A stretch of 59,781 nt of DNA from Candidatus Puniceispirillaceae bacterium (GCA_965660495.1 CBFIAD010000001.1:1-59781), one strand, 5' to 3'. Positions 30,918 to 43,242 are shown, numbered from the stretch's first letter. Numbers and translations are program-made. Notes: a model not told the origin generated them from the sequence alone.

Positions 30918-31451
30918 ATGATACCGCAAAAGCTGGAACAGCTTATCGAACCTGCCCTTGCTGATTTGGGCTTTGAGTGTGTGCGCATCCGCTATACAGG
31001 CGGGGGCGGCAAATCGGCACGTGGCCAGCTGCAGATTATGGCAGAGCCAACAGATTTGCGCGAGATGACCGTAGAGGATTGTGCAACCATTAGCCGGCAT
31101 TTATCTGCTGTACTGGATGTAGAAGACCCTATCACGGATGCCTATCAGCTGGAGGTCAGCTCACCTGGTATGGACAGGCCATTGACCCGGCTAAACGATT
31201 TTTCACGTTTTTCGGGCGAGCTGGTGAAAATAACACTCAAACAAATGCTGGAAGGGCAAAAACGCTATCGCGGCCGTCTGGTCGGTGTGGATGATGAAGG
31301 GGTTATCCATGTTGAAACCCTTACCGGGCGGGTAAGTGCCACGCTTGATCAAATCGATACCGCGAAAATCGATCCAACTGAATTTTTTTCAACTCAAATA
31401 CAGCCTGCTAGAAAGACAAAGCAAACAGGCATTAATAAAGAAGAGGCTTAG
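30918..31451 (+). CDS. rimP: Ribosome maturation factor RimP
   Basis: TVEDCATISR..SAVLDVEDPI, YQLEVSSPGMDRPL. Confidence 0.97.
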   Translation: MIPQKLEQLIEPALADLGFECVRIRYTGGGGKSARGQLQIMAEPTDLREMTVEDCATISRHLSAVLDVEDPITDAYQLEVSSPGMDRPLTRLNDFSRFSGELVKITLKQMLEGQKRYRGRLVGVDDEGVIHVETLTGRVSATLDQIDTAKIDPTEFFSTQIQPARKTKQTGINKEEA

Positions 31452-31455
31452 ATCC

Positions 31456-33009
31456 ATGGATACATCGTCAATCCCCGGTCTGGAATTATTGCAAATCGCA
31501 GATGTGGTTGCGCGTGAAAAATCTATCGAACGCGAAGAAGTCATCGCTGCAATGGAAGAGGCTATTCAAAAGGCCGGCCGGTCAAAATATGGCCATGACC
31601 GCGATATTCGGGCAATGATCGATCGTAAATCGGGCTCTATTCAGCTGGAAAGATGGACAGAAGTTGTTGAAGAAGTGGAAAATGACGCCACCCAGATGGG
31701 CCTGGAAGAGGGGCGCAAGCATAATCTGGAAGCCGGAGAGTTTCTAAAACAGCCTTTGCCGCCTATTGAATTTGGCCGTATCGCTGCCCAGACCGCCAAG
31801 CAGGTTATCTCGCAAAAAGTGCGCGAGGCCGAGCGTGCGCGTCAGTATCAGGAATATAAAGACCGGGTGGGCGAGATTGTTCTGGGTACGGTTAAACGCG
31901 CAGAAAGCTATTCTGTGACCATCGATTTGGGACGTGCCGAAGGGGTGATGCGCCGCGAGGAAATGATCCCGCGCGAAAACCTGAATCAGGGGGACAGGGT
32001 GCGCGCCTATATTGTGGATGTTCGCGAAGAGGTGCGCGGGCCACAAATTTTCCTTTCCCGGTCAGCAAATGAATTTATGGCCAAACTTTTTACACAGGAA
32101 GTCCCGGAAATTTATGATGGTATTATCGAGATTAAAGCGGTTGCCAGAGAGCCTGGCAGCCGGGCAAAAATCTCTGTCCTTTCTCGCGATCAGTCGATTG
32201 ATCCGGTTGGGGCGTGTGTTGGCCTGAGAGGCAGCCGTGTACAGGCGGTGGTCAGCGAATTACAGGGTGAGAAAATCGAGATTATCCCGTTTTCGGATGA
32301 TCCGGTAACCTTTATTGTGAATGCGTTGGCACCGGCAGAAGTGGCCAAAGTGGTCGTAGATGAAGTTGCGGGCCGTGTAGAGGTAGTCGTGCCGGATGAG
32401 CAATTAAGCCTGGCGATCGGTCGTCGCGGCCAGAATGTGCGCCTCGCTTCTCAACTAACTGGCTGGTATATCGATATCCTGACCGAGGCAGAAGAATCAG
32501 AGCGTCGACAAGAAGAGTTTAAAACCCGTTCTGCACGCTTTATCGAAGCGTTGAATATTGATGATGTGATTGCCCATCTTCTGGTCGCAGAAGGCTTTGT
32601 ATCGATTGATGATATCGTTGCCACCCCGGTATCTGAACTGGCGATGATCCAGGGCTTTGATGAAGATATCGCAGGCGAGCTGTTAAATCGTGCGATAGAA
32701 TTTTCCGAAGCCGAAGCCAAGCGTATTACCGAAGAGCTGGAAAAGCTGAACGTTCAGGATGATCTGCGGGATGCAGAATATCTGAGCCTGGCGATGATAT
32801 TGACACTGGCAGAAAACAAAATCCTCTGCCTGGACGATCTGGCCGAGCTGGACAGTGAAGAGCTGCTGGAACTGCTGGGTGAACATGGTATTGAGGATGA
32901 AGCCGCAGCCGGCGATATTATTATGGCCGCGCGCGCGCACTGGTTTGCAGATGAAGACGCTGAAGCTGAAGAAACAGCCGCAGCGGATTCTGGCGATGAT
33001 GCGCAGTAA
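31456..33009 (+). CDS. nusA: Transcription elongation factor NusA
   Basis: FGRIAAQTAKQVI, S1 and KH domains (AREPGSRAK, AIGRRGQNVRLA); start moved to ATG 31456. Confidence 0.98.
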   Translation: MDTSSIPGLELLQIADVVAREKSIEREEVIAAMEEAIQKAGRSKYGHDRDIRAMIDRKSGSIQLERWTEVVEEVENDATQMGLEEGRKHNLEAGEFLKQPLPPIEFGRIAAQTAKQVISQKVREAERARQYQEYKDRVGEIVLGTVKRAESYSVTIDLGRAEGVMRREEMIPRENLNQGDRVRAYIVDVREEVRGPQIFLSRSANEFMAKLFTQEVPEIYDGIIEIKAVAREPGSRAKISVLSRDQSIDPVGACVGLRGSRVQAVVSELQGEKIEIIPFSDDPVTFIVNALAPAEVAKVVVDEVAGRVEVVVPDEQLSLAIGRRGQNVRLASQLTGWYIDILTEAEESERRQEEFKTRSARFIEALNIDDVIAHLLVAEGFVSIDDIVATPVSELAMIQGFDEDIAGELLNRAIEFSEAEAKRITEELEKLNVQDDLRDAEYLSLAMILTLAENKILCLDDLAELDSEELLELLGEHGIEDEAAAGDIIMAARAHWFADEDAEAEETAAADSGDDAQ

Positions 33010-33039
33010 TGCGACTATTAGAGCAAATAGGCAGTAACC

Positions 33040-33678
33040 ATGAAGCCAACAGCGCCATTTATGGAAACCTCACAGGGGGCAGCAGAAGCTGCCAGCCTGC
33101 GGCGCTGTCTGGCAACCGGGCAATCGGCTGAAAAAGACAGGCTGATCCGCTTTGTAGCCAGCCCCGAAGGCGAGCTGGTTGCCGATATTTATGGCCGTCT
33201 GGGGGGTCGTGGTGCCTGGGTTAGCGCGGATAAGCAGCATCTGGAAACCGCCTGTTCCAAAAATCTGTTTGCCCGTTTTTTACGCCAATCTGTGACCATT
33301 AAAGAGGGGTTCATTAGCCAGGTGGGCGACCAGTTGGCACAGATTTTGATCAATCGGATGAGCATGATGCGCAAAAGCGGTGCGCTGGTAACCGGGCGCG
33401 GCAAGCTGGAAATGGCCGCCAGCCGCCTGGAAGGCTTGCTGATAGCAGATGATGCCAGCCAGCGCGAGGCCGCCTCGCTGATACAAATGGTACAGCCTGA
33501 CTGGTATGAGACAGGCTTGCCCGCGGCCTTGCTGGGTCAGATAGCCGGTGTTGACTCTCTGGCCTATGCTGGGGTTTTGCGCGCTGCTTATCCGTCCGAG
33601 CAAAAGCAGATAGACACGCTTTTAGTGGATTTGCAGCGCTGGCGCGCGGTCACACAAACACAAAAAACAAGAGAATAG
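33040..33678 (+). CDS. YlxR/DUF448 RNA-binding protein with C-terminal extension
   Basis: RRCLATG...LIRFV..P.G, GRGAWV; conserved position between nusA and infB. Confidence 0.85.
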   Translation: MKPTAPFMETSQGAAEAASLRRCLATGQSAEKDRLIRFVASPEGELVADIYGRLGGRGAWVSADKQHLETACSKNLFARFLRQSVTIKEGFISQVGDQLAQILINRMSMMRKSGALVTGRGKLEMAASRLEGLLIADDASQREAASLIQMVQPDWYETGLPAALLGQIAGVDSLAYAGVLRAAYPSEQKQIDTLLVDLQRWRAVTQTQKTRE

Positions 33679-33817
33679 AAATTGCGGAGAGCTTGTCTTT
33701 TAGGGGCAAGCAGGTGTATTACCATGCACAAAGGTGCGAAAGGCTAAAACATAGCTATCCTGTCAAAGCCTAAATTCCAAGGGGCTATGGCTTAGTCTAA
33801 ATCGAAAAGGGTCATCC

Positions 33818-36379
33818 ATGAGTGAAGAAAATAACAAGCCAAAGAAATTAAGCCTGTCTGGCAGTGGCAAGCTGTCGCTTGGTGGTGGCGCGGTTGACCC
33901 GGCAAGCCTTCGTGGCGGTATGGTTGGTTCTGGACGTGGCAAAACAGTTCAGGTCGAAGTGCGGCGTAAACGCGTTGGCGGTGCAGCGGTGCGGCCAGCA
34001 GCGGTAAACACCCCTGCCCCCGTAAACGCCCCTGTTGAAAATGCACCTCTGCCGGAAAACACAGCTGACAGATTAGAAGATCGCCTGACCGCGGCTGAAC
34101 GTGCCAATAGAATGAAGGTGCTGCAAGAAGGTCTGAGCAAATCAAAAGAATCTGTCAGCGAAGCAGAAGAGCCAGCAGAGGCACAGTCTGTTACACAAGA
34201 AGGTGTGACAGAAAAAGAAGAAGTGCTGGATCCACGTGATGCGCGCCGCCGGGCAGAGCTGGCAGAATTGGAAGAAATCGAAAAACAGGCCGCTACCCAG
34301 CGCTTGACCGAAACCGAAAGATTGGCAGCTGAAAATGCTGCCCGTCAGGCAAAAATGCGCCAGCAAATGCCGGATATGCAATCTGCAGGGCCTGCCCCGA
34401 TACGTGAAGATGCCCCGATACGCAATCGCCGCAAAACAACCGAGATAGACTCGCCCATGCGCCCTGCCCCGGTAAAGCGCGATGGTGACCGCCGGCGTTC
34501 TGGTAAAATGACAATTTCACAAGCCCTTTCAGAGGGTGATGGTCGCCAGCGTTCTCTGGCGTCTGTGCGCCGCCAACGCGAAAAAGCGCGGATGCGCGAA
34601 AGCCAGCCCCAGGTAAAACAGGTTCGCGATGTGGTTATCCCGGATACCATCACGGTACAGGAACTGGCCAACCGAATGGCAGAACGGGCAGCCGATGTCG
34701 TAAAAGAGCTGATGAAACAGGGCATCATGGCAACGGTTACTCAGTCAATTGATGCAGAAACAGCCGAGCTGGTCACACTGGAATTTGGCCATAAGGTACA
34801 GCGCGTTTCTGAATCAGATGTCGAAGAAGGGCTGGCAGGTAGCGAGGATAATGAAGCAGATTTGCGTCCGCGCCCGCCGGTCGTGACCGTGATGGGACAC
34901 GTCGATCATGGGAAAACCAGCTTGCTGGATGCTATTCGCGCAACCGATGTGGCCGGCGGCGAATCAGGCGGGATTACCCAGCATATTGGCGCCTATCAGA
35001 TTGAAACTAAATCTGGTAATCTTATCACCTTTATCGATACACCCGGCCATGAAGCCTTTACCGAAATGCGCCTACGCGGGGCAAGTACAACCGATATTGT
35101 TGTGCTGGTGGTGGCTGCAGATGATTCTGTGATGGCCCAGACCATTGAGGCTATTAATCATGCCAAGGCAGCCGGATGTCCGGTCATTGTCGCGGTTAAT
35201 AAATGTGACAAGCCCGAAGCCCAGCCGCAACGGGTCAGAAATGACCTGTTGCAACATGAGGTCATTACCGAAGATTTTGGCGGTGAGGTATTATGTGTGG
35301 ATGTATCTGCCCATACTGGCATGGGTCTGGAAAAGCTGGAAGAAGCTATCATGCTGCAGGCGGAATTGTTGGAGCTGAGAGCCAATCCGGACAGACCGGC
35401 AGAAGGGACAGTTGTCGAGGCAAAGGTTGAGCGTGGACGCGGGTCGGTTGCGACGGTACTGGTTCAGCGCGGCACCTTGAATGTTGGCGATATTTTTGTT
35501 GCCGGCGCCGAATCAGGGCGGGTACGCGCGCTGTTGAATGAACGTGGCCAGCAGCTGAAACAAGCCTTGCCCGGCCAGCCGATAGAAATACTGGGCCTAA
35601 ACGGTACGCCTATGTCTGGTGATATGTTTGTGGTGGTGGAAAGCGAATCACGTGCCCGTGAAATTGCCGAATATCGCAAACGTCGTATCCGCGATAAAGA
35701 AGCAGCGGTAACCGCGCGCGGATCTGTTGAACAGATGTTGACCGCTATTGCCGCTGGCGAGGCAGAAGAATTGCCGATAGTGATTAAAACAGATGTGCAT
35801 GGCTCGCTGGAAGCTATTCGCGCGGCATTTGAAAAATTGGCCACCGAACAGGTGCGGGTGCGTATTCTGACAGGCGGTGTGGGGGCGATATCTGAATCAG
35901 ATGTCTCGCTGGGAGCTGCCTCTAATGCGATGGTGATCGGCTTTAATGTTCGTGCCATCCCGCAAGCGCGCGATTTAGCCAAAAGAGACGGCATTGAAAT
36001 TCGCTATCATTCCATCATTTACGAACTGATTGACGAAGTAAAAGGGGCGATGGGTGGTCTGCTCAGTCCAGAACAGCAGGAAAGCTTTATTGGTTATGCA
36101 GAAATCAGACAGGTCTTCTCGGTTTCCAAGCAAGGCAAGGTGGCTGGCTGTATGGTTACCGAAGGGATCATCAAACGCGGCTGCAAGGTCAGATTGCTGC
36201 GGGATAATGTGGTGATACATGAAGGCAGTCTGAAAACTCTGCGTCGCTTTAAAGATGAAGTCAAGGATGTGCGTGAAAGCATGGAATGCGGTATGGCGTT
36301 CGATAATTATTCCGATATTCAGGAAGGCGATATGATCGAATGTTTCGAGGTAAAGGAAGTGGCGCGCACCCTGGATTAA
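33818..36379 (+). CDS. infB: Translation initiation factor IF-2
   Basis: [30 protein letters not shown]. Confidence 0.99.
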   Translation: MSEENNKPKKLSLSGSGKLSLGGGAVDPASLRGGMVGSGRGKTVQVEVRRKRVGGAAVRPAAVNTPAPVNAPVENAPLPENTADRLEDRLTAAERANRMKVLQEGLSKSKESVSEAEEPAEAQSVTQEGVTEKEEVLDPRDARRRAELAELEEIEKQAATQRLTETERLAAENAARQAKMRQQMPDMQSAGPAPIREDAPIRNRRKTTEIDSPMRPAPVKRDGDRRRSGKMTISQALSEGDGRQRSLASVRRQREKARMRESQPQVKQVRDVVIPDTITVQELANRMAERAADVVKELMKQGIMATVTQSIDAETAELVTLEFGHKVQRVSESDVEEGLAGSEDNEADLRPRPPVVTVMGHVDHGKTSLLDAIRATDVAGGESGGITQHIGAYQIETKSGNLITFIDTPGHEAFTEMRLRGASTTDIVVLVVAADDSVMAQTIEAINHAKAAGCPVIVAVNKCDKPEAQPQRVRNDLLQHEVITEDFGGEVLCVDVSAHTGMGLEKLEEAIMLQAELLELRANPDRPAEGTVVEAKVERGRGSVATVLVQRGTLNVGDIFVAGAESGRVRALLNERGQQLKQALPGQPIEILGLNGTPMSGDMFVVVESESRAREIAEYRKRRIRDKEAAVTARGSVEQMLTAIAAGEAEELPIVIKTDVHGSLEAIRAAFEKLATEQVRVRILTGGVGAISESDVSLGAASNAMVIGFNVRAIPQARDLAKRDGIEIRYHSIIYELIDEVKGAMGGLLSPEQQESFIGYAEIRQVFSVSKQGKVAGCMVTEGIIKRGCKVRLLRDNVVIHEGSLKTLRRFKDEVKDVRESMECGMAFDNYSDIQEGDMIECFEVKEVARTLD

Positions 36380-36438
36380 AAAGAATTCAGACGCCCGTTT
36401 TTTTATTTTCAAACCGATAAGTGCCAAAGGCAGGTAAC

Positions 36439-36822
36439 ATGGTACAGCGTTCAAAATCAGCCCGTTCCGAGCCAAGCCAGCGCCAGTTACGGGTAGGCGA
36501 GGATTTGCGCCATCATCTGGCGGCTATTTTGATGCGCCAGGAAACCCACATTCCCGAGCTGGACAAGGTATCTATCACCGTATCGGAAGTATCTGTCAGT
36601 CCCGATCTTAGCTCGGCACGGGTCTATATTATGACGCTTGGCGGACAGGATATGGACAGGGTGCTGCCTATCTTGAACCAATATGCTCCTGTCTTGCGCC
36701 ATGAGGTGGCCAAGCGGGTGCATTTGCGCCGTCTGCCAGCGTTTAAATTTATGCGCGATGATTCCTATGATAATGCTGATAGGATGGCACGGCTTTTTTC
36801 CGGCATAAAATCACAGGAATAG
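36439..36822 (+). CDS. rbfA: Ribosome-binding factor A
   Basis: SQRQLRVGE, VSEV.VSPDL..A.VY; start moved to ATG 36439. Confidence 0.95.
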   Translation: MVQRSKSARSEPSQRQLRVGEDLRHHLAAILMRQETHIPELDKVSITVSEVSVSPDLSSARVYIMTLGGQDMDRVLPILNQYAPVLRHEVAKRVHLRRLPAFKFMRDDSYDNADRMARLFSGIKSQE

Positions 36823-37803
36823 TTGAAAAAATTGTCTGCTTCCTCGCGCCCCAATGGCCCGCATGGCTGGCTTTCTATTCATAAACCTGCCGGCATTAGC
36901 TCGGCAAAGGTTGTGGCGATTGTAAAACGCTGTTTTGATGGCGTGAAAACAGGCCATGCCGGCACGCTTGATCCGCTTGCCAGCGGTGTTTTGCCGATCG
37001 CGCTTGGCGAGGCAACCAAGACTATTTCCTATGTGATGACAGCAGAAAAATCCTATCGATTTTCGGTGAAATGGGGGGCTGAAACCCAGACAGATGATAC
37101 AGAAGGCGCGATAACCCGCACCTCTGCCTATTTGCCTTCCAAAGCAGAAATAACCGCTATCCTGCCGAAATTTACCGGGCTGATTGATCAGGTGCCCCCT
37201 GATTATTCAGCCGTTAAAATTGATGGCAAGCGCGCCTATGCGCTGGCACGTTCACGTGACAAGGCCAAAACAGAAAAGCCGGTAATGGAAAAACCATTAT
37301 TGGGCGCGCGTCAAATTCGTATTGATCAGCTTCAGCTATTGTCGGCAGATACGCAAAGTGCAGAGTTTGAGGTGCATTGCGGTAAGGGCGCCTATATCCG
37401 TTCCCTGGCGCGGGATATTGGCCGGGCATTGAACAGCGCGGCCCATGTAACCGCCCTTGAAAGACGATCTGTGGGTAAATTTCATATAGGTGATGCGATT
37501 TCTCTGGATATTTTGCAGGAAATGGGGCAGAGTGCGCGCGCATCTGATGCAATTTTGTCTGTTATGACTGTGCTGGACGACATCCCGGCAGTAGCCCTGA
37601 CAGACGCAGAAGCCAAAAAGCTTCAATTTGGTCAGAAGCTGTCTTTGGACGGGCAACGCTGTTCGCGGTTGCGTGCCGCATTGAACCAGGCCAGAGACAG
37701 AGAGCATACCGATAGAGCGGTAGCTGTTTTTGACGGGCGTCCGGTGGCGCTGGTTGCATTAAAAGACAGCGTCCTATCGCCCCAAAGGGTGCTGAATTTA
37801 TAA
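36823..37803 (+). CDS. truB: tRNA pseudouridine(55) synthase
   Basis: GHAGTLDPLASGVL, QVPPDYSAVKIDGKRAY, GAYIRSLARD. Confidence 0.98.
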   Translation: MKKLSASSRPNGPHGWLSIHKPAGISSAKVVAIVKRCFDGVKTGHAGTLDPLASGVLPIALGEATKTISYVMTAEKSYRFSVKWGAETQTDDTEGAITRTSAYLPSKAEITAILPKFTGLIDQVPPDYSAVKIDGKRAYALARSRDKAKTEKPVMEKPLLGARQIRIDQLQLLSADTQSAEFEVHCGKGAYIRSLARDIGRALNSAAHVTALERRSVGKFHIGDAISLDILQEMGQSARASDAILSVMTVLDDIPAVALTDAEAKKLQFGQKLSLDGQRCSRLRAALNQARDREHTDRAVAVFDGRPVALVALKDSVLSPQRVLNL

Positions 37804-37847
37804 ACCTGCTGTTGTGAAAACACAGCGCTAGCATGAAGGAGAATGCG

Positions 37848-38117
37848 ATGTCGATTACGAAGGAACGCAAGGCAGAGCTGATTTCTGCCTTTGGTAAGGA
37901 TGCAAATGATTCAGGTTCAGCAGCCGTTCAGGTAGCTATTTTGACCGATCGGATTGTTTATCTGACCGAACATATGAAAACCCATAAAAAAGATTTTGCT
38001 TCACGTCGTGGCCTGTTGAAAATGGTAGGCCAGCGTCGTCATTTGCTGGATTATATCCGTTCCGGTGATGAAGCAGCCTATAAGGCATTGATCGAAAAGC
38101 TGGGTCTGCGCCGCTAA
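37848..38117 (+). CDS. rpsO: 30S ribosomal protein S15
   Basis: [28 protein letters not shown]; start ATG 37848 after AAGGAG. Confidence 0.98.
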   Translation: MSITKERKAELISAFGKDANDSGSAAVQVAILTDRIVYLTEHMKTHKKDFASRRGLLKMVGQRRHLLDYIRSGDEAAYKALIEKLGLRR

Positions 38118-38158
38118 TATTGGCACAGCCGCTTATCTGATTTTGAAACTCATTTGAT

Positions 38159-38190
38159 AAACGGGTCTGTTCTGGCAGGCCCGTTTGTTT
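38159..38190 (+). terminator. rpsO intrinsic terminator
   Basis: AAACGGGTCTGT-TCTG-GCAGGCCCGTTT followed by GTTT. Confidence 0.75.
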
Positions 38191-38478
38191 ATCCTGAGTT
38201 ATATAGAGGTTGCTTTTGTGTGGCGGTCATGTCATATCTGCTGTCATAAAAGATGAATGAAGATAGAGATTTGATAAAAACCGCGAGATAAGCCTTTAAG
38301 CGGGCGGGAAAAGACCAGACTGAGAGTCTTTCAATCGTTAAGCGTCTAGTGACACAACCCCCTTACATTTCTCAGCAAACAGCCCTGTTTTCGTGTCAGG
38401 CCATGAACGGCATGACAGGCAGGGATACTTCTTCATCATGACCAAAGATAGATGAAACTGAAAAAAGAGAAGAACCAG

Positions 38479-40596
38479 ATGTTCGAAATATATAGAAAAG
38501 AAATCGATTGGGGGGGCAAGACCCTCATTCTTGAAACAGGCAAGGTCGCGCGCCAGGCAGATGGCAGCATTATGGCCAGCATGGGCGAAACCACGGTATT
38601 ATGTACAGCTGTTGCCGCCCGCAAGGCAAAGCCTGGCCAGGATTTCTTTCCCCTTACCGTAAATTATCAGGAAAAAACCTTTGCCGCAGGTAAAATTCCC
38701 GGCGGGTTTTTCAAGCGTGAAGGCCGGCCTTCTGAACATGAGACACTTACCAGCCGTTTGATTGACCGTCCTATTCGCCCGCTCTTTCCAAAAGAATTCA
38801 AGTGCGAGACCCAGGTTATCTGTACGGTTCTGTCACATGATATGGAAAATGCCTCTGATATTGTTGCCCTGATCGGCGCATCGGCTGCCCTTACCCTTTC
38901 CGGCGTGCCGTTTTTCGGGCCCATTGCGGGCGCACGTGTCGGCTATAGGGATGGGGAATATATCCTTAACCCTACTCTTTCCGAGATGGAAGATAGCACC
39001 CTTGATCTGGTGGTTGCCGGTACAAAAGATGGCGTGTTGATGGTTGAATCAGAAGCAGAAGAGCTGTCAGAGGAGGTGATGTTGGGGGCGGTAAATTTTG
39101 GCCACCAGCAGATGCAGCCGGTTATCGATGCGATTATCGAATTGGCAGAAGTAGCCGCAAAAGAGCCGCGCGAATTGCCGGTTGAAGCCCCGGAAGCAGC
39201 AGAATTACGCAAAAGCCTGTCCGGCTTGAACAAAAAACTGACCGCCGCTTACGATATTGCTGATAAATCAGCCCGTCAGGAAGCGCTGGCCGAAGCCCGT
39301 GCAGAAGCTGTAACCATGGCAGGTGAAGAGGCAGATGGCGTTCTGGTTTCCTCGATTGTAAAGGAAATGGAATCCGATATTGTTCGCTCCTCTATCCTGA
39401 AAACTGGCCAGCGTATTGATGGCCGTGATACCAAAACGGTTCGCCCGATTGTTGCCGAAGTTGGCTTGCTGCCACGCACCCATGGCTCGTCTTTATTTAC
39501 GCGCGGGGAAACACAGGCGCTTGTGGTCTCTACCCTTGGCACAGGTCAGGATGAACAGATGATCGATGCGCTGACAGGCGAATATCGTTCCAGATTTATG
39601 CTGCATTATAACTTCCCGCCATTTTCTGTAGGCGAGGCAGGGCGCGTTGGCTCTCCTGGCCGCCGGGAAATTGGCCATGGCAAGCTGGCATGGCGGGCGA
39701 TTAATCCGCTTCTGCCATCCAAAGAGGAATTTCCCTATACCATTCGCGTGGTATCTGAAATTACTGAATCAAATGGCTCTTCTTCTATGGCAACGGTTTG
39801 CGGTACGTCTCTGGCATTGATGGATGCCGGTGTTCCGCTGGCCCGCCCGATCGCCGGTATCGCTATGGGTCTGATTAAAGAGGAAGATGAATTTGCGGTT
39901 CTGTCCGATATTCTGGGAGATGAAGATCACTTAGGCGATATGGATTTTAAAGTGGCCGGAACAGATGCAGGTATTACCGCCTTGCAGATGGATATTAAAA
40001 TCACCTCTATCACCCCTGAAATTATGGATATCGCATTGGGTCAGGCACGTGATGGCCGCCTGCATATTCTGGGCGAGATGGGCAAGGCTCTGACCGGCGC
40101 GCGCGAAGGTCTGGCAGAATCTGCACCGAAAATCACCACTTTCAAGATTTCCGTAGATAAAATCAGGGAAGTCATTGGGCCAGGCGGCAAGATGATCCGC
40201 GAGATTGTTGAGCAGACAGGCGCAAAAATCGATATTGATGATGATGGCAGCGTATCTGTAGCGGCTATCAGCCAATCTGCAAGCGATGCAGCCATTGCCC
40301 GTATCAAGGATATTGTTGCCGAGCCGGAGCTGGGCGTTATCTATAATGGCAAGGTTGTAAAGACCGTTGATTTTGGTGCTTTTGTAAATTTCCTTGGCGC
40401 AAAGGACGGGCTGGTACATATCTCTGAAATGAAGAATGAGCGTGTTGCCCAGACAACAGATGTCTGTAAAGAAGGCGATGTGGTCAAGGTAAAGGTCATC
40501 GGCTTTGATGACAGAGGCAAGGTTAAATTATCCATGAAGCGTGTGGATCAGGAAACCGGCGCGGATCTGGAAGCCGATAAGGGCGATGACGAATAA
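38479..40596 (+). CDS. pnp: Polyribonucleotide nucleotidyltransferase (PNPase)
   Basis: [39 protein letters not shown] and S1; start moved to ATG 38479 (MFEIYRKE). Confidence 0.99.
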   Translation: MFEIYRKEIDWGGKTLILETGKVARQADGSIMASMGETTVLCTAVAARKAKPGQDFFPLTVNYQEKTFAAGKIPGGFFKREGRPSEHETLTSRLIDRPIRPLFPKEFKCETQVICTVLSHDMENASDIVALIGASAALTLSGVPFFGPIAGARVGYRDGEYILNPTLSEMEDSTLDLVVAGTKDGVLMVESEAEELSEEVMLGAVNFGHQQMQPVIDAIIELAEVAAKEPRELPVEAPEAAELRKSLSGLNKKLTAAYDIADKSARQEALAEARAEAVTMAGEEADGVLVSSIVKEMESDIVRSSILKTGQRIDGRDTKTVRPIVAEVGLLPRTHGSSLFTRGETQALVVSTLGTGQDEQMIDALTGEYRSRFMLHYNFPPFSVGEAGRVGSPGRREIGHGKLAWRAINPLLPSKEEFPYTIRVVSEITESNGSSSMATVCGTSLALMDAGVPLARPIAGIAMGLIKEEDEFAVLSDILGDEDHLGDMDFKVAGTDAGITALQMDIKITSITPEIMDIALGQARDGRLHILGEMGKALTGAREGLAESAPKITTFKISVDKIREVIGPGGKMIREIVEQTGAKIDIDDDGSVSVAAISQSASDAAIARIKDIVAEPELGVIYNGKVVKTVDFGAFVNFLGAKDGLVHISEMKNERVAQTTDVCKEGDVVKVKVIGFDDRGKVKLSMKRVDQETGADLEADKGDDE

Positions 40597-40619
40597 GCGC
40601 TCTTAAACACCGTTAAAAG

Positions 40620-40654
40620 AAAAAGCCGCCTTTTTGAAAAAGGGCGGCTTTTTT
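40620..40654. terminator. Bidirectional intrinsic terminator between pnp and fabI
   Basis: AAAAAGCCGCCTTTTT-GA-AAAAGGGCGGCTTTTT between convergent genes. Confidence 0.9.
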
Positions 40655-40672
40655 ATAGGCGATAGGAACGGC

Positions 40673-41458
40673 CTATTCCCCGATTTCGGCAGGCACGCCA
40701 ATATGGTGATAGCCGCCATCCACATAATGGGTCTCGCCTGTCACCCCTGAGGATAGATTAGATAATAGATAGGCCGCTGCCCGGCCAACTTCCTGAATAT
40801 CGGGATTGCGTTTTAGCGGGGCTTGTTCTTCGGAATGACGGAAAATATGGCGCGCCCCTGTAATGGCTGACCCTGCCAGCGTACGCATAGGCCCTGCCGA
40901 AAGCGTATTGACACGGATATTCTGTCTGCCTAAATCCACCGCCAGATAGCGGGTAGAGGCTTCTAATGCAGCCTTGGCCACCCCCATCACATTATAATTG
41001 GGGGTCGTGCGTACCCCGCCCAGATAGGACAGGGTTAATAAAGAGCCGCCATTTGGCATCATATGCCGCGCTTCTGCTGCCAGCTCGGTAAAGGAAAAGG
41101 CCGATATCAGCATGGTTTGTTCAAAATTATTTCGGCTGGTATTGTAATATGCCCCTTTCAGCTCGGACTTGTCGGAAAAACCGATAGCGTGTACCGCAAA
41201 ATCCAACTGATCCCAATGCTGGCGCAACTGGCCGAAGGCATTTTTAATCCCGTCCTCAGCGGCAACATCACATTCGATAAGGATATCCGAGCCGATAGAG
41301 GCTGCCAGCGGCTCCAGCCTTTTGCGAAAGCCCTCTATCTGATAGGTAAAGGCCAACTCCGCCCCGTGTGCGGCGGCCGCCTCGGCAATGCCCCAGGCAG
41401 CTGAGCGTTCATTGGCAACGCCCATAATCAGGCCTCTTTTTCCAGCAAGGATACCCAT
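40673..41458 (-). CDS. fabI: Enoyl-ACP reductase
   Basis: GKRGLIMGVAN, YNVMGVAKAALE, AGPMRTLA. Confidence 0.97.
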   Translation of the reverse strand: MGILAGKRGLIMGVANERSAAWGIAEAAAAHGAELAFTYQIEGFRKRLEPLAASIGSDILIECDVAAEDGIKNAFGQLRQHWDQLDFAVHAIGFSDKSELKGAYYNTSRNNFEQTMLISAFSFTELAAEARHMMPNGGSLLTLSYLGGVRTTPNYNVMGVAKAALEASTRYLAVDLGRQNIRVNTLSAGPMRTLAGSAITGARHIFRHSEEQAPLKRNPDIQEVGRAAAYLLSNLSSGVTGETHYVDGGYHHIGVPAEIGE

Positions 41459-41488
41459 TTTTCAAGAACCCCTTTTTATATATCCGAC

Positions 41489-42721
41489 CTAGATACGAGC
41501 AAGTGCCAGAGTGGCATTTGTGCCGCCAAAACCAAAGCTGTTGGATAATGCCAGATTAATGGTTTTATCATCCAGGCGTTCACGCGGCACCGGAATATCG
41601 CCAATGGCCGGGTCAGGATTTTCAATATTGATAGATGCGCCAATAAAGTTATTTTGCATCATCAACAGCGTATAAATGGCTTCCTGTACGCCGGTTGCCC
41701 CCAAAGAATGACCGGTCAGCGATTTGGTAGAGGTCACCACCGGCAGATAGCCACGCGGGCCAAAAACCGCCTGAACCGCTTCCAGCTCTTTTACATCGCC
41801 TACAGGAGTTGAGGTGCCATGGGCATTGATATAATCCACCGGCATTTCCAAACCCTTGCCGGAAAAGCCATCCAGTGCCAGCTGCATACAACGCTGTGCC
41901 CCTTCCCCGGAAGGAGCAACCATATCATAGCCATCCGAGTTGGCACCATAACCGACTATTTCGGCATAGATTTTTGCGCCTCTGGCTTTGGCGTGTTCAT
42001 AATCTTCCAGTACCACCATACCGCCGCCGCCAGCGATGACAAACCCGTCCCTGTCTGCATCATAGGCGCGCGAGGCTAATTGCGGTGTATCATTATATTT
42101 TGAGGACATGGCGCCCATCGCATCAAACAGCACAGATAACGTCCAATGCAATTCCTCGCCGCCGCCGGCAAAAACGACATCTTGCATCCCGTAGCGGATA
42201 GCATCTGCCCCTGCGGTAATACAATGGGCTGAGGTTGAACAGGCAGAGGAGATAGAATAATTCACCCCCTTAATTTCAAAAAAAGTGGCAATACAGGCAG
42301 AGACGGTTGAGGACATACAGCGCGGCACCATATAAGGCCCTACCCGTTTTGGCCCTTTTTCGCGGGTGGTATCAAAGGCGGTCAGCATATTGGCGGTAGA
42401 AGGCCCGCCCGAGCCAGCGATAAGGCCACTGCGCGGATTGGAAATATCCGATTTTTCCAGACCTGAATCAGCCACTGCCTGTTGCATGGCGACCACCGCA
42501 TAGCCTGCCCCCTCGCCCATAAAGCGCATCTGCTTGCGGTCGATATGCTCGCTCAGATCTATATCTACCGCGCCTTTTACCTGCGACCTAAAGCCCAGCT
42601 CGGCATAATCCGGTGCTGCCACAATGCCAGAGCGCCCATCGCGCAAAGACTGTGTGACCGCAGTCGCATCATTGCCGATAGAAGAAACAATTCCAATACC
42701 TGTAATCACAACACGCCGCAT
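41489..42721 (-). CDS. fabB: 3-oxoacyl-ACP synthase I
   Basis: [33 protein letters not shown]; follows fabA. Confidence 0.97.
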   Translation of the reverse strand: MRRVVITGIGIVSSIGNDATAVTQSLRDGRSGIVAAPDYAELGFRSQVKGAVDIDLSEHIDRKQMRFMGEGAGYAVVAMQQAVADSGLEKSDISNPRSGLIAGSGGPSTANMLTAFDTTREKGPKRVGPYMVPRCMSSTVSACIATFFEIKGVNYSISSACSTSAHCITAGADAIRYGMQDVVFAGGGEELHWTLSVLFDAMGAMSSKYNDTPQLASRAYDADRDGFVIAGGGGMVVLEDYEHAKARGAKIYAEIVGYGANSDGYDMVAPSGEGAQRCMQLALDGFSGKGLEMPVDYINAHGTSTPVGDVKELEAVQAVFGPRGYLPVVTSTKSLTGHSLGATGVQEAIYTLLMMQNNFIGASINIENPDPAIGDIPVPRERLDDKTINLALSNSFGFGGTNATLALARI

Positions 42722-43242
42722 TATTTTGCCTCCTCAGCCCCGAATAATCCGACCCGTATATCGGTGGCTTCAAACACGCTCTCGCCATCACATAATACGC
42801 GGCCATCTGCGATACCCATCACCAGACGACGCATCAAAACCCGCTTTATATCAATTTGAAAGGTGACCAGCTTGGCAGAGGGTAAAATCTGGCCGGTGAA
42901 TTTCACTTCCCCGACAGACAGGGCGCGTCCGCGCCCCAAACCGCCCAGCCAGCCAAGATGAAAGCCGACCAGCTGCCATAACCCGTCCATGCCCAAACAA
43001 CCCGGCATGACCGGATCGCCTTCAAAATGACAGGGGAAAAACCATAAATCGGGATGAATATCAAATTCGGCTTCAATATAGCCCTTGTCATAGGCCCCGC
43101 CTGTATCGGTAATGCGGGTAATTCTGTCTGTCATCAGCATAGGCGGCATTGGCAATTGCGGATTGCCTGGCCCGAACAGTTCCCCTTTCGCACAGGAAAT
43201 CAGTTCATCATAGGAAAATTCATTTTGATGGGTGAGTGCCAT
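42721..43242 (-). CDS. fabA: 3-hydroxydecanoyl-ACP dehydratase/isomerase
   Basis: [34 protein letters not shown]. Confidence 0.98.
   Translation of the reverse strand: MALTHQNEFSYDELISCAKGELFGPGNPQLPMPPMLMTDRITRITDTGGAYDKGYIEAEFDIHPDLWFFPCHFEGDPVMPGCLGMDGLWQLVGFHLGWLGGLGRGRALSVGEVKFTGQILPSAKLVTFQIDIKRVLMRRLVMGIADGRVLCDGESVFEATDIRVGLFGAEEAK

Noticed and set aside
38226-38251. Pho box upstream of pnp (GTCAT repeats, CTGTCATAAAA)
   Set aside because: Repeats are 5 and 12 bp apart, not the required 11
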